A stretch of 32,000 bases of DNA from Raphidiopsis brookii D9 (GTDB taxonomy: Bacteria; Cyanobacteriota; Cyanobacteriia; Cyanobacteriales; Nostocaceae): contig ACYB01000035.1 of NCBI GenBank assembly GCA_000175855.1, forward strand, positions 1-32,000. Direction: 5' to 3'. This document shows, in pieces, positions 8,302-18,672 of the stretch; positions within the stretch are counted from its first letter, which is position 1, and every line of letters begins with the position of its first letter. The notes below the pieces were generated by a model. It searched no databases. It saw only the letters and a list, made by a program, of their open reading frames with translations, and had not been told where the DNA came from. The translations under genes were made by a program, and so were the position numbers.

Positions 8302-8325
8302 CTACAGAATCTACTTGTTGAGGCT

Positions 8326-9551
8326 ATGCAAACCCTACCATCCCTTGAGACTGGTAAAATCATCACCAGCCAACCTACCTTTGACACCACTATTAAACGT
8401 CGTAAAACCCGTGCTGTTAAAGTAGGGGATGTGATTATTGGTGGTGGCTACCCCGTGGTAGTACAGTCAATGATTAATGAAGACACGTTAGATATTGATG
8501 GCTCTGTTAGCGCTGTTCGTCGTCTCCATGAAATTGGCTGCGAAATAGTTAGAGTAACTGTTCCCAGTATGGCCCATGCCAAAGCATTGGCGGAAATCAA
8601 ACAAAAGTTACAACAAACTTACAGGGATGTTCCCATTGTAGCTGATGTTCACCACAACGGGATGAAAATTGCCTTAGAGGTGGCTAAACACATCGAAAAA
8701 GTCCGGATCAATCCAGGACTATACGTATTTGAAAAACCGAACAGCGATCGCACCGAATATACAAAAACCGAGTTTGACGAAATAGGAGAGAAAATCCGTG
8801 AGACCCTAGCTCCACTGGTAGTGTCACTGCGAGATCAAGGTAAAGCTATGCGTATTGGAGTTAACCATGGTTCTCTAGCAGAAAGGATGTTATTTACCTA
8901 CGGTGATACGCCAGAGGGTATGGTAGAATCAGCTTTAGAATTTATTCGTATTTGTGAATCTCTGAATTTTTATAACATTGTTATTTCCATGAAAGCATCG
9001 CGGGTTCCAGTGATGGTAGCTGCATACCGACTCATGGCCAAACGGATGGATGATTTAGGTATGGATTATCCCTTGCACTTGGGAGTGACGGAAGCAGGAG
9101 ATGGTGAATATGGAAGAATTAAATCCACTGCGGGGATTGCCACCTTGTTAGCAGACGGTATTGGTGATACCATTCGCGTTTCCTTAACAGAAGCACCAGA
9201 AAAAGAGATTCCCGTTTGTTACAGCATTCTTCAAGCTCTCGGGTTGCGGAAAACAATGGTTGAATACGTTGCTTGTCCTTCCTGTGGTAGGACTTTATTT
9301 AACCTAGAGGAGGTGCTACATAAAGTTCGGGAAGCAACGAAACACTTAACCGGGTTAGATATTGCTGTTATGGGTTGTATTGTCAACGGTCCAGGGGAAA
9401 TGGCCGATGCGGACTATGGATATGTGGGCAAAATCCCGGTTTTATCTCTTTGTATAGGGGTAGGGAGGAGATTAAAAAGGTTCCAGAAGACCAAGGGGTA
9501 GAAGAATTAATTAATTTAATTAAAGGTGATGGTCGTTGGGTAGATCCCTAG
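8326..9551 (+). CDS. ispG: (E)-4-hydroxy-3-methylbut-2-enyl-diphosphate synthase (apparent frameshift near the 3' end)
   Basis: [85 protein letters not shown]. The track ORF ends at 9501, but the next frame from about 9441 gives [36 protein letters not shown] ending at 9551. Confidence 0.92.
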
Positions 9552-9564
9552 GTGTTGATATTCC

Positions 9565-10341
9565 TCATAATGGATTTTGGGTGGGTACACCCACAGGACG
9601 GGGAAAACTCACGGAGGTGCGTAGCACCTTCCTTAAATATACACAATGACGAACACTTTTAGTCAGGGGAGTGGTAAACCTGTCAACCAGTTCTATCCTA
9701 GCTCCTAAAATATTGGCAGTATGTTCTAAATTTTGATTTTCTTCCTGTGTCCAGGTTCCCCGATAAATGATTGCCAAACCGCCTTTTTTGATTAAGGGTA
9801 ATGTATATTCAGCACATACGGAAGCAGTACTTACAGCGCGAATGACTGCTAAATCATATTTTTCCCTGTATAGGGTTTCCTGTCCAATTTCCTCCGCTCT
9901 TCCTAGGATTGTTGTTGCATTACTCAGGGGTAGTTTTTCTATAGCACTGTTGATAAAGTTAACCTTTTTGCGAGTAGCATCTAGTAGGGTGACCTGGTGA
10001 TGAGGAAAAACTATCCCAATTGGTAGACCGGGAAATCCCGCACCGCTACCAATGTCAATTATCGACCCAGCTGCATTCAATTCTGGCAAAAAATGCTGCT
10101 CTGGTGAGACTCCTCTTAAAGAATCCCAAAGATGTTTTTCCCAGAATTCCTTGGGTTGGGTAATTCGAGTTAAGTTGATTTGACGATTAGCTACTACAAT
10201 CAAATCGTACAGCTTTTGCAGTTGATTCCCCTGTTCAATTGTCGGTTGCCAATTTAATGTTTCCTGCCAAATTTCTGCCATCTCCGGTAAAGTACCGCCA
10301 CTTTCCCTATCCACGCTTATCATAGTTAGTTCATTTCCCAA
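9565..10341 (-). CDS. rsmG: 16S rRNA (guanine(527)-N(7))-methyltransferase RsmG
   Basis: LYDLIVVANRQINLTRITQPKEFWEKHLWDSL, IDIGSGAGFPGLPIGIVFP, VTLLDATRKKVNFINSAI. True start may be the internal MAEIWQET. Confidence 0.9.
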   Translation of the reverse strand: MGNELTMISVDRESGGTLPEMAEIWQETLNWQPTIEQGNQLQKLYDLIVVANRQINLTRITQPKEFWEKHLWDSLRGVSPEQHFLPELNAAGSIIDIGSGAGFPGLPIGIVFPHHQVTLLDATRKKVNFINSAIEKLPLSNATTILGRAEEIGQETLYREKYDLAVIRAVSTASVCAEYTLPLIKKGGLAIIYRGTWTQEENQNLEHTANILGARIELVDRFTTPLTKSVRHCVYLRKVLRTSVSFPRPVGVPTQNPL

Positions 10342-10984
10342 TTGACTCTAAACTAGGAGCAATGGGACTCAAAATACCATGGTGGAGATTCCAACAACAA
10401 TCTGCTATTGGTAATAGGTCCCCCGCATCATGGGTGACCACCAGTATTGTCCAGTTCTTCTTGAGTCTCTCTAGTAAGGTCAGTAGTTGACGACGCATTG
10501 ACCAGTCCAGACCTGCTGTAGGTTCATCTAGTAGTAATAGGTTTGGTTGGCGAACTAACTGTACAGCTAGGGCTAAACGTCTTTGTTGTCCACCACTGAG
10601 AGCGTTAGGCGATGTAGACAAGGATAAACTCTCTAGTCCTACCTCCTTTAATGCATTTTTGACCCTCTCTAGTCCTAGTTCTGGATGACCCAAACGCAAC
10701 TCTTCCAAAATTGTGCCCCCACAAAAGTGTCTTTCTGGAAATTGAAATACTATCCCCGCTAGTTGTTGCAGGTGATCTGCTACTAGTTCTTCTTCTCTCC
10801 AAAATATACCACCACTAGTGGGTTCCGCAAGTCCTGATAAAATCTCTAGTAGGGTACTTTTGCCAGATCCACTTGGTCCAATTACTAGTCCTAGTTTTTG
10901 AGGTGGTAGTTCCAAATTAATAGCTTGGAGAATTGGGGTGGGACAAGCTGTGGGGTGATAAGTTAGATTGTGAAGATAGAGCAT
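10331..10984 (-). CDS. ABC transporter ATP-binding protein (ECF/cobalt-type ATPase-like)
   Basis: Walker A GPSGSGKST, signature LSGGQQRRLALAVQL, Walker B LLLLDEPTAGLD. Confidence 0.88.
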   Translation of the reverse strand: MLYLHNLTYHPTACPTPILQAINLELPPQKLGLVIGPSGSGKSTLLEILSGLAEPTSGGIFWREEELVADHLQQLAGIVFQFPERHFCGGTILEELRLGHPELGLERVKNALKEVGLESLSLSTSPNALSGGQQRRLALAVQLVRQPNLLLLDEPTAGLDWSMRRQLLTLLERLKKNWTILVVTHDAGDLLPIADCCWNLHHGILSPIAPSLESIGK

Positions 10985-11047
10985 TTGAATTGAAGTGAAG
11001 TTTCTCTGACTTTTTTGTATATTATTGCTGTAACTACTTTGTAAATC

Positions 11048-11992
11048 ATGATATCCAAAGGTTTTTTAATTGCTTTCCTCACTCTCCCCAGAAAGTTTAC
11101 CAGAAATTTATCCGTTGTTCAGGTGGTTTCTATGACTACCCTAGCTCTTAGTTTGAGCATTAATACAGCTTTTGCCGGAGACCCATTTCGTGTTAACCAA
11201 CCTCATAAAATTGGCGATCGCACTGAAGCAGCTTTTAGAGCAATTTTTGAACAGGGGAATTATGGAGCTGGGGAAGATCATCTCAAAAAAGCTATGGTTG
11301 AGGAACCAGGGGAACCGTTGGTTTATGCTTTGAAAGCATCCCTGTCCTATGTTAATCAAGATTGGGTTGCTTTGGAGAAGTATAGTCGAAAAACTTTAGA
11401 AGCTGGTGAAAAGTTGACTGGGACTAATCCCTTGCGTGGTAATTTATATACTGGAGTGGGCAACTTTCTCATGGGAGCGACCACTCTCACTCGTCAAGGG
11501 GTTTGGAAAGGTGCTTCTCAGGCTTTTTTACAGTTAAAAAAGGTTTATGAATATTTAGACCAGGCAGAGGCTATTGATGCTAATGATCCTGAGTTAAATT
11601 TAATTAGGGGGTATATGAACCTGATGTTAGCGGTAAACCTACCCTTTACCAGTCCAGAACAAGCAATTGAACAATGGCAACAAAATGCCGCACCTCGCTA
11701 CTTGGTAGACAGAGGTATTGCTTTAGCATATCGAGATTTAAAACAATACCCGGAAGCCCTAGAGTATGTCAATCGAGCTTTAAATAGCACTAGTGACAAT
11801 CCAGAAATTTATTATCTCAAAGCTCAAATTCTTCATGAACAAGGTAAAAGAGAACAAGACCAGAATTTGGTTCAACAGGCGATCGCCAATTTTGATTTAG
11901 CCCTAGCCAAGAAATCCCAACTTCCTTCTAGTTTAGTTAAACAAATTAAGTATGAGCGTAGCCAGGCTGAAGCTAGACTTAAAAGCAATTAG
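11048..11992 (+). CDS. TPR-repeat protein, probably exported (Sll0314/Alr1548-like)
   Basis: Signal-like MTTLALSLSINTAFAGDPF, then TPR-like helices (NPEIYYLKAQILHEQGKREQDQNLVQQAIANFDLALAKK). The start may be an internal Met. Confidence 0.75.
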   Translation: MISKGFLIAFLTLPRKFTRNLSVVQVVSMTTLALSLSINTAFAGDPFRVNQPHKIGDRTEAAFRAIFEQGNYGAGEDHLKKAMVEEPGEPLVYALKASLSYVNQDWVALEKYSRKTLEAGEKLTGTNPLRGNLYTGVGNFLMGATTLTRQGVWKGASQAFLQLKKVYEYLDQAEAIDANDPELNLIRGYMNLMLAVNLPFTSPEQAIEQWQQNAAPRYLVDRGIALAYRDLKQYPEALEYVNRALNSTSDNPEIYYLKAQILHEQGKREQDQNLVQQAIANFDLALAKKSQLPSSLVKQIKYERSQAEARLKSN

Positions 11993-12010
11993 AGATTAAA
12001 AAACACTAAA

Positions 12011-12463
12011 ATGCACATTGAATTTCGAGAATTTAACCCTTTTGATGTCTGGATTTGGTTTAAGTTTGGGACAATTCCCTCCCAGCAGGAAAAACAATAT
12101 GTGGAAGAGGTCTTTAACTCCTGGTTTTATTTAGGCAAACTAGGAGGATTTAACGCCGAGAACTTGCAAATACAAGAAACTGGTGTAGACCTCAACTACA
12201 TAGATTATGATAGGGAAGGTTATAGTCGTTCCATGGTAGCTCTCATGCACAACATGGGGGAATTTGAATACGAGGGAGAATGGGGAAGATGCTGGTTTGA
12301 CCTAGGCACAAGCGATGCGATCGCCCTAGATATTCTTTTAAATGCACTTTTGCAATTAAGTGAAGAGTATGTTGTGATAGAAGACCTATATATTGGGGGA
12401 GAGAACGAAGATTGGCCAGTAGAGAACGAGGAGATGCGTGCTTACTCAATTTACGAGAACTAA
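12011..12463 (+). CDS. DUF3531-like protein
   Basis: 150 aa beginning MHIEFREFNPFDVWIWFKFG, with GEWGRCWFDLGTSDAIALDILLNAL. Confidence 0.7.
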   Translation: MHIEFREFNPFDVWIWFKFGTIPSQQEKQYVEEVFNSWFYLGKLGGFNAENLQIQETGVDLNYIDYDREGYSRSMVALMHNMGEFEYEGEWGRCWFDLGTSDAIALDILLNALLQLSEEYVVIEDLYIGGENEDWPVENEEMRAYSIYEN

Positions 12464-12466
12464 AAG

Positions 12467-12898
12467 ATGAACAAACCAGGTGAGATTCGTGTTATAGTTT
12501 TAGCACTAATTAAAGATGGGGAAAGAATATTTGTTTCCGAGGGGTATGATCCAACCAAGCAATTAACATTTTATCGAGCTTTAGGTGGAGGGATAGAATT
12601 TGGGGAAACTAGTCGAATGGCATTAGCGAGGGAATTTCAAGAAGAAATTCAAGCCGAACTAACCAATATTAGCTATTTAGGTTGTATAGAAAACCTATTT
12701 ATTTTTGATGGTAACCAGGGACATGAAATCATTCAACTGTACCAATGTGACTTTGCTGACCCCAAATTTTATCAAATAGAAAGTCTCACTTTTTCAGAAA
12801 CACCCCAGAAAAAACATCGCGCCCTGTGGGTAGAAATTAGTAAATTTAAATCAGGAGAACTCAAATTAGTGCCACAAATATTTTTTGACCACCTGTAA
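12467..12898 (+). CDS. NUDIX hydrolase
   Basis: Nudix box GGGIEFGETSRMALAREFQEEIQAEL. Confidence 0.88.
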   Translation: MNKPGEIRVIVLALIKDGERIFVSEGYDPTKQLTFYRALGGGIEFGETSRMALAREFQEEIQAELTNISYLGCIENLFIFDGNQGHEIIQLYQCDFADPKFYQIESLTFSETPQKKHRALWVEISKFKSGELKLVPQIFFDHL

Positions 12899-12910
12899 CT
12901 ACTTCATACT

Positions 12911-13048
12911 GTGTCAAACTTATTCAAGACCAAGCCCAAACATACTCGAATTCAACGTCAGTTACTCATACTAATGTTGATAATTTTTGGCGGGAGTGTA
13001 GTCCTAGGATTTATTATGGGTCTCACCGGTATTCAACCAGTGACCTAA
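12911..13048 (+). CDS. Small membrane protein candidate (45 aa, GTG start)
   Basis: GTG..TAA encodes (M/V)SNLFKTKPKHTRIQRQLLILMLIIFGGSVVLGFIMGLTGIQPVT, a basic N-terminus followed by one TM helix. It fills the NUDIX-secA gap and is not in the supplied track. Confidence 0.4.
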   Translation: MSNLFKTKPKHTRIQRQLLILMLIIFGGSVVLGFIMGLTGIQPVT

Positions 13049-13227
13049 CCAGCTAAAAATTGATAATATTACCTAATTTAATGAGTTCCAACAGAAGCAT
13101 ACATTTTGTTTATGAGATAGAATCACTATGGGAGTATGTTGCTGGTAAAATGTAAAGGCTACACTAAGTAGCTCACCTGTCAAAACTCATCAGTCAACAA
13201 TTAACACTTAATATTTGATAACTTGCC

Positions 13228-16020
13228 ATGCTAAAACTATTGTTGGGCGATCCCAACGCTCGTAAACTAAAAAAATACCAACACTACATTACAGAAATTA
13301 ATCTGTTAGAAGAAGATGTTAAATTACTCTCTGATGATGAGTTGAGGGGGAAGACAGCTGAGTTTAAACAAAGACTAAACAAAGGTGAAAGCTTAGAGGA
13401 GATCCTACCAGAAGCTTTTGCAGTAGTGAGAGAGGCTTCTTCCAGAGTATTAGGGTTAAGACATTTTGATGTTCAGCTGCTAGGCGGAGTAATTCTCCAC
13501 ACAGGACAAATAGCGGAAATGAAAACCGGTGAAGGTAAAACCCTAGTAGCTACCTTACCCAGTTATTTAAATGCTTTAAGTAATAAAGGTGTTCATGTTG
13601 TTACTGTTAATGATTATCTAGCTCGGCGAGATGCGGAATGGATGGGTCAGATACACCGGTTCCTAGGAATGAGTGTGGGACTGATTCAGTCCACCATGAT
13701 CCCCATAGAAAGGAAAAAAAATTACGACTGTGACATTACTTATGTAACCAACAGTGAAGTAGGTTTTGACTACCTGCGAGATAATATGGCCACATCCATG
13801 GAGGAAGTGGTACAACGTCCGTTTAATTATTGTGTAATCGATGAAGTGGATTCCATTCTCATTGATGAAGCGCGAACTCCCCTAATTATTTCTGGACAAG
13901 TAGAAAGACCAACAGAAAAATACTTACAAGCAGCAGAAATTGCATTTACCCTTAAAAAAGACGATCACTACGAAGTGGATGAAAAAGCGCGGAACGTTCT
14001 TTTAACAGATGATGGTTTTGCCGAAGCTGAGAATCTTTTAGGCGTAACCGATTTATTTGATCCAGAAAATCCCTGGGCCCATTTTGTCTTTAATGGTATT
14101 AAAGCGAAAGAACTATTCCTTAAAGACGTGAATTATATCGTGCGCAATGGGGAAGTGGTAATTGTTGATGAATTTACTGGTCGGGTACTACCAGGAAGAC
14201 GGTGGAGTGATGGTTTGCACCAAGCTATAGAAGCCAAAGAAAGAGTGGAAATCCAGCCTGAAACCCAAACCCTGGCAACTATTACCTATCAAAACCTGTT
14301 TTTGCTTTATCCGAAATTAGCTGGAATGACAGGGACAGCCAAAACAGAAGAAGCGGAATTTGAAAAGATTTATAAATTAGAAGTAAGTGTTATTCCCACC
14401 CACCGCACCAGAAAACGTCAAGACCTATCGGACATGGTGTTTAAAACAGAATCGGGTAAATGGGGAGCCATTGCAAGGGAATGTGAAGAAATGCACAAAG
14501 GTGGCAGACCGGTACTAGTAGGAACCACTAGTGTGGAAAAATCCGAACTGCTGAGCAGATTACTCCAAGAAAAGGGTATTCCCCACGAATTACTTAATGC
14601 TAGACCTGAAAACGTAGAACGGGAAGCGGAAATTGTCGCCCAAGCTGGACGTAGGGGTGCAGTAACCATAGCTACTAATATGGCGGGACGAGGTACGGAT
14701 ATTATTTTAGGTGGTAACTCCGAATATATGGCCCGGTTGAAGTTACGGGAATATTTTATGCCTAGGATTGTGAGACCAGGAGATGATCAATTCAGCATTC
14801 AAAGAGCTTCAGGACTTCCTATTGGAAATGGAAATGGTAGTGGTCAGGGTTTCGTTCCGGGCAAAAAACTCAAAACTTGGCGCGTATCTGGGGGGATTTT
14901 TCCCACTGAGTTATCCCAGGTAACTGAAAACCTATTAAAGGAAGCGGTCGAGGTAGCAGTTAATGCCTATGGTAGTCGCGCCTTATCGGAATTAGAAGCA
15001 GAAGATAAAGTAGCTATAGCTGCTGAAAAAGCACCCACGGATGATGCAGTAGTACAAAAGTTACGAGATGCTTACCAGACTATTAAACAAGAATATGAAA
15101 AATTTACCGAAGCTGAACATGTGGAAGTAGTAAACAATGGTGGACTGCATGTTATAGGCACAGAAAGGCATGAATCAAGGCGGATTGATAATCAATTAAG
15201 AGGAAGATCGGGTAGACAAGGTGACCCGGGGACAACCAGATTTTTTCTCAGTCTGGAAGACAATTTACTGAGAATATTTGGTGGAGATCGGGTAGCTGGG
15301 TTAATGAATGCGTTCCAAGTGGAAGAAGATATGCCCATTGAATCGGGTTTATTAACTCGTAGTTTGGAAGGTGCTCAGAAAAAGGTGGAAACCTATTACT
15401 ATGACATTCGTAAGCAAGTGTTTGAATATGACGAAGTGATGAATAATCAGCGTCGTGCTATTTATGCTGAACGTAGACGAGTTTTAGAAGGAGAAGATTT
15501 AAAAGAACAGGTCGTCAAATATGCAGAAAAGACCATGGATGACATCGTGAATTATTATATTAACCCAGAATTACCCTCAGAAGAATGGGATTTAGAAAAG
15601 TTGGTGGGCAAAGTTAAGGAGTTTGTTTACTTATTAGCTGATATGCAACCCGCCCAATTACAGGATATGGGGGTAGGGGAAATTAAGGCTTTCCTTCATG
15701 AACAATCGCGTATTGCCTATGACATGAAAGAAGCGGAAATAGACCAAATTCAACCTGGACTGATGCGACAAGCAGAACGATTCTTCATTTTACAGCGGAT
15801 AGATACCTTGTGGCGGGAACATTTACAGCAGATGGACGCCCTACGGGAATCTGTAGGATTACGTGGTTATGGACAAAAAGATCCACTTATTGAGTACAAG
15901 AGCGAGGGATACGAGTTGTTCTTAGACATGATGGTGAATATTCGCAGGGATGTGGTTTACTCCCTGTTTATGTTCCAACCGCAGCAACAATCCGCAGTCC
16001 AAACCTCTGAAATAGTCTAA
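13228..16020 (+). CDS. secA: Preprotein translocase subunit SecA
   Basis: 930 aa with [90 protein letters not shown]. Confidence 0.97.
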   Translation: MLKLLLGDPNARKLKKYQHYITEINLLEEDVKLLSDDELRGKTAEFKQRLNKGESLEEILPEAFAVVREASSRVLGLRHFDVQLLGGVILHTGQIAEMKTGEGKTLVATLPSYLNALSNKGVHVVTVNDYLARRDAEWMGQIHRFLGMSVGLIQSTMIPIERKKNYDCDITYVTNSEVGFDYLRDNMATSMEEVVQRPFNYCVIDEVDSILIDEARTPLIISGQVERPTEKYLQAAEIAFTLKKDDHYEVDEKARNVLLTDDGFAEAENLLGVTDLFDPENPWAHFVFNGIKAKELFLKDVNYIVRNGEVVIVDEFTGRVLPGRRWSDGLHQAIEAKERVEIQPETQTLATITYQNLFLLYPKLAGMTGTAKTEEAEFEKIYKLEVSVIPTHRTRKRQDLSDMVFKTESGKWGAIARECEEMHKGGRPVLVGTTSVEKSELLSRLLQEKGIPHELLNARPENVEREAEIVAQAGRRGAVTIATNMAGRGTDIILGGNSEYMARLKLREYFMPRIVRPGDDQFSIQRASGLPIGNGNGSGQGFVPGKKLKTWRVSGGIFPTELSQVTENLLKEAVEVAVNAYGSRALSELEAEDKVAIAAEKAPTDDAVVQKLRDAYQTIKQEYEKFTEAEHVEVVNNGGLHVIGTERHESRRIDNQLRGRSGRQGDPGTTRFFLSLEDNLLRIFGGDRVAGLMNAFQVEEDMPIESGLLTRSLEGAQKKVETYYYDIRKQVFEYDEVMNNQRRAIYAERRRVLEGEDLKEQVVKYAEKTMDDIVNYYINPELPSEEWDLEKLVGKVKEFVYLLADMQPAQLQDMGVGEIKAFLHEQSRIAYDMKEAEIDQIQPGLMRQAERFFILQRIDTLWREHLQQMDALRESVGLRGYGQKDPLIEYKSEGYELFLDMMVNIRRDVVYSLFMFQPQQQSAVQTSEIV

Positions 16021-16047
16021 ATCCTGTCCCCCTTTCCCTCATCCCAT

Positions 16048-16284
16048 TTAGTAAGTGTTTAAATTAATACCAGCTTCCTTAGCCATTGCTTCCAAACCTT
16101 TGGTATCAAGAGTTTTAATTGCTTTGGTAGAGAGTTTCAACTTTACCCAACGGTTACCAGCGGGCCACCAAACCCTTTTAGTTTGTAAATTAGGTTGCTG
16201 TAAACGTCTGGTACGACGGTGAGAGTGGGAAACGGACATGGCATTATTAGCCTTTTTACCTGTGAGTTCGCAACGACGAGACAT
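16048..16284 (-). CDS. rpmB: 50S ribosomal protein L28
   Basis: [40 protein letters not shown]. Confidence 0.96.
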   Translation of the reverse strand: MSRRCELTGKKANNAMSVSHSHRRTRRLQQPNLQTKRVWWPAGNRWVKLKLSTKAIKTLDTKGLEAMAKEAGINLNTY

Positions 16285-16354
16285 TCAAAACCTCCAAACT
16301 TTATGAATTTAGACACAGCTTACCCATTATAAATCATCAAATTATAGTTTCCCC

Positions 16355-17281
16355 ATGGACGAAGAATTTATTATTCCTCAAGCACCCGCTAACTTTAAGT
16401 CTGGATTTATCGGCATTATTGGTCGTCCTAATGTGGGTAAGTCAACCTTAATGAACCAGTTAATAGGACAAAAAATAGCTATCACATCACCAGTAGCGCA
16501 AACTACTAGAAATCGCTTGAGGGGAATTTTAACTAGGGAGAAGGCCCAGTTGATTTTTGTTGATACCCCCGGGATTCATAAACCCCATCATCCCTTGGGA
16601 GAGGTGCTAGTACAAAATGCTAAAATTGCTATTACATCAGTGGATGTGGTGTTATTTGTGGTAGATGGCACAGCGGTCTGTGGAGGAGGCGATCGCTTTA
16701 TTGCTGACTTATTAAGCAAATGTGAAATCCCCGTTATTATGGGTATTAATAAAATAGATCAACAACCAGTAGAAACTGAAAAAATAGATGAAAGTTATAG
16801 AGAATTAGCTCGAGAGAACCAATGGCAAATTGTTAAATTTTCAGCCTTAGAGAACCAAGGAATATTAGAATTAGAAGACTTATTGATTGAACAACTAGAA
16901 ACCGGTCCATTATATTATCCACCAGATTTAGTCACGGATCAACCAGAAAGATTTATTATGGGGGAATTAATCCGGGAACAGATTTTATTATTGACCCGAG
17001 AAGAAGTTCCTCACTCAGTGGCGATCGCCATTGATTTGGTGGAAGAGAACCCAACAATTACCCGTGTTGTGGCTACAATTAATGTAGAAAGGGACTCCCA
17101 AAAAGGGATATTAATTGGTAAAGGGGGGACAATGTTAAAATCAATTGGTACTGTGGCCCGTCAACAGATTCAAAAATTGATTGCTGGCAAAGTTCATTTG
17201 GAATTATTTGTCAAAGTCCAACCAAAGTGGCGACATTCGCGGTTAAGGTTAGCAGAACTAGGATATAGAGTGGAGGAGTAG
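16355..17281 (+). CDS. era: GTPase Era
   Basis: G1 GRPNVGKSTLMNQL, G3 DTPGIHKP, G4 NKID, C-terminal KH domain segment GKGGTMLKSIGTVARQQIQKLIAGKVHLELFVKVQPKWR. Confidence 0.95.
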   Translation: MDEEFIIPQAPANFKSGFIGIIGRPNVGKSTLMNQLIGQKIAITSPVAQTTRNRLRGILTREKAQLIFVDTPGIHKPHHPLGEVLVQNAKIAITSVDVVLFVVDGTAVCGGGDRFIADLLSKCEIPVIMGINKIDQQPVETEKIDESYRELARENQWQIVKFSALENQGILELEDLLIEQLETGPLYYPPDLVTDQPERFIMGELIREQILLLTREEVPHSVAIAIDLVEENPTITRVVATINVERDSQKGILIGKGGTMLKSIGTVARQQIQKLIAGKVHLELFVKVQPKWRHSRLRLAELGYRVEE

Positions 17282-17461
17282 CAAGTGTCCCAAAAGTCCT
17301 GAACCTCCTGTTTTACCCATCTGCTCCCAAAGCCAAGGTTGTGAGGTAAAGCGCGATCGCACGTGAATTTGTTTGAACGCTAGGATTCTAGATCACCCAT
17401 GATAGAATTTACCTCAAAGTTACCTCGGTGCTATTCCAAAAACTGATAGTAAACTGAAACT

Positions 17462-18414
17462 ATGAAAGGAATTTGGCTAGAAAAGAATCAATTACAACTA
17501 AGAACAGACTTACCCATTCCTCAACCACCAGAGGGGAAATTTTAGTTAAAGTTTTACGCGCGGGTATTTGTAACACCGATTTGGAGTTAATTAGGGGATA
17601 TTATCCTTATCAGGGGGTATTAGGACATGAGTTTGTAGGGATAGTGGTGGAGGGACCCAAGCATTTAATGAATCAACGGGTTGTAGGGGAAATTAACGCT
17701 GCTTGTGGTTATTGTCGTTTTTGTTTGCAGGGAAAACCCACCCACTGTGAAAACCGCACTGTGTTAGGGATTGTCAACCGTGATGGTGCTTTTGCAGAAT
17801 ATCTTTGTTTACCTGAAAAAAACCTACATGTTGTACCAGAGGATGTGACGACGGATGCAGCAACTTTTACTGAACCCATAGCAGCAGCTTTAGAAATTCA
17901 AACCCAGGTTAAAGTCACACCAGAGGATAGGGTTTTAGTAGTTGGTGATGGAAAATTAGGACAGTTAATAGGACAAACTTTGGCTTTAACTGGCTGTGAC
18001 TTACTAGTTGTAGGCAGACACAAAGATAAACTGGATCATCTTTCTGCAAGGGGAATTAAAACTGGTTTAGCGAATATTGTTCAAGATAGACAGTTTGATA
18101 TTGCCGTCGATTGTACGGGAAATCCTGAAGGTTTTAGCATTGCGCGTCGAGCTTTACGTCCCAGAGGTATACTAGTTTTGAAAAGTACCTACGCCGGAAA
18201 TTTAAGTTTGGATGCTTCTGCTTTGGTGGTTGATGAGATTACCCTTATCGGTTCCCGTTGTGGAGAATTTGCCCCAGCACTGGAGCTATTAGCCACAAAT
18301 CAGATAGATGTGACACCTTTAATCCATGGAACCTATCCCTTGAGTCAAGGATTAATTGCTTTTGAAAAAGCTCAATCTAAAGGAGTTTTAAAAATACTGT
18401 TGGAGATGAATTAA
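17462..18414 (+). CDS. Zn-dependent (MDR-family) alcohol dehydrogenase, apparent frameshift in codon ~25
   Basis: ATG at 17462 gives MKGIWLEKNQLQLRTDLPIPQPPEG, then the frame breaks in the G-run at 17533-17536. The other frame continues EILVKVLRAGICNTDLELIRGYYPYQGVLGHEFVGIV...VLVVGDGKLGQLIGQ. The track start at 17473 is artefactual. Confidence 0.85.
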
Positions 18415-18455
18415 ATATTCAGGCAATATGATCGCAATGGTGATTGGTTAAAAAA

Positions 18456-18584
18456 TCATCCGTTTGGATGGTAATCCGGACAACCAATAGCTCCTTCAGT
18501 ACTAGCAGTATAGGGGTTTACAGTACATTTAAGGCGATAATTATTGGTAAAAAACTGACAATTAGGACAGGGGATTTGGTGCAT
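18456..18584 (-). CDS. Small Cys-rich protein candidate (42 aa)
   Basis: MHQIPCPNCQFFTNNYRLKCTVNPYTASTEGAIGCPDYHPNG* with CPNC...C...CPDY Cys spacing. Not in the supplied track. Confidence 0.55.
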   Translation of the reverse strand: MHQIPCPNCQFFTNNYRLKCTVNPYTASTEGAIGCPDYHPNG

Positions 18585-18611
18585 TTTTTGGGCAATTTGC
18601 ACAGTGTCCTT

Positions 18612-18654
18612 AAAAAACCCCCGATTTGATTTCTTTAATAAAATAAATCGGGGG
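18612..18654 (-). terminator. Intrinsic terminator for the class V aminotransferase gene
   Basis: Plus-strand stem CCCCCGATTT (18618-18627) / AAATCGGGGG (18645-18654). On the minus strand the stem is followed by TTTTTT, 18 nt after the stop of the 18673..19827 gene. Confidence 0.85.
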
Positions 18655-18672
18655 AAATTATGTTTTTAAAAA

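Noticed and set aside
7992-8390. 132-aa minus-strand ORF antisense to the radical SAM stub and ispG start
   Set aside because: Mostly the antisense image of codon-biased coding DNA, with no recognisable domain. The plus-strand frame carries a clear radical-SAM motif.
14418-14669. 83-aa minus-strand ORF
   Set aside because: Lies entirely antisense to the well-supported secA.
14760-15120. Extra segment in SecA ([25 protein letters not shown]...)
   Set aside because: An insertion in this region is typical of cyanobacterial SecA, so it is not treated as novel.
18444-18629. 61-aa plus-strand ORF (MVKKSSVWMVIRTTNSSF...)
   Set aside because: The opposite strand encodes a more plausible Cys-rich mini-protein, and the 3' end runs into the terminator hairpin.
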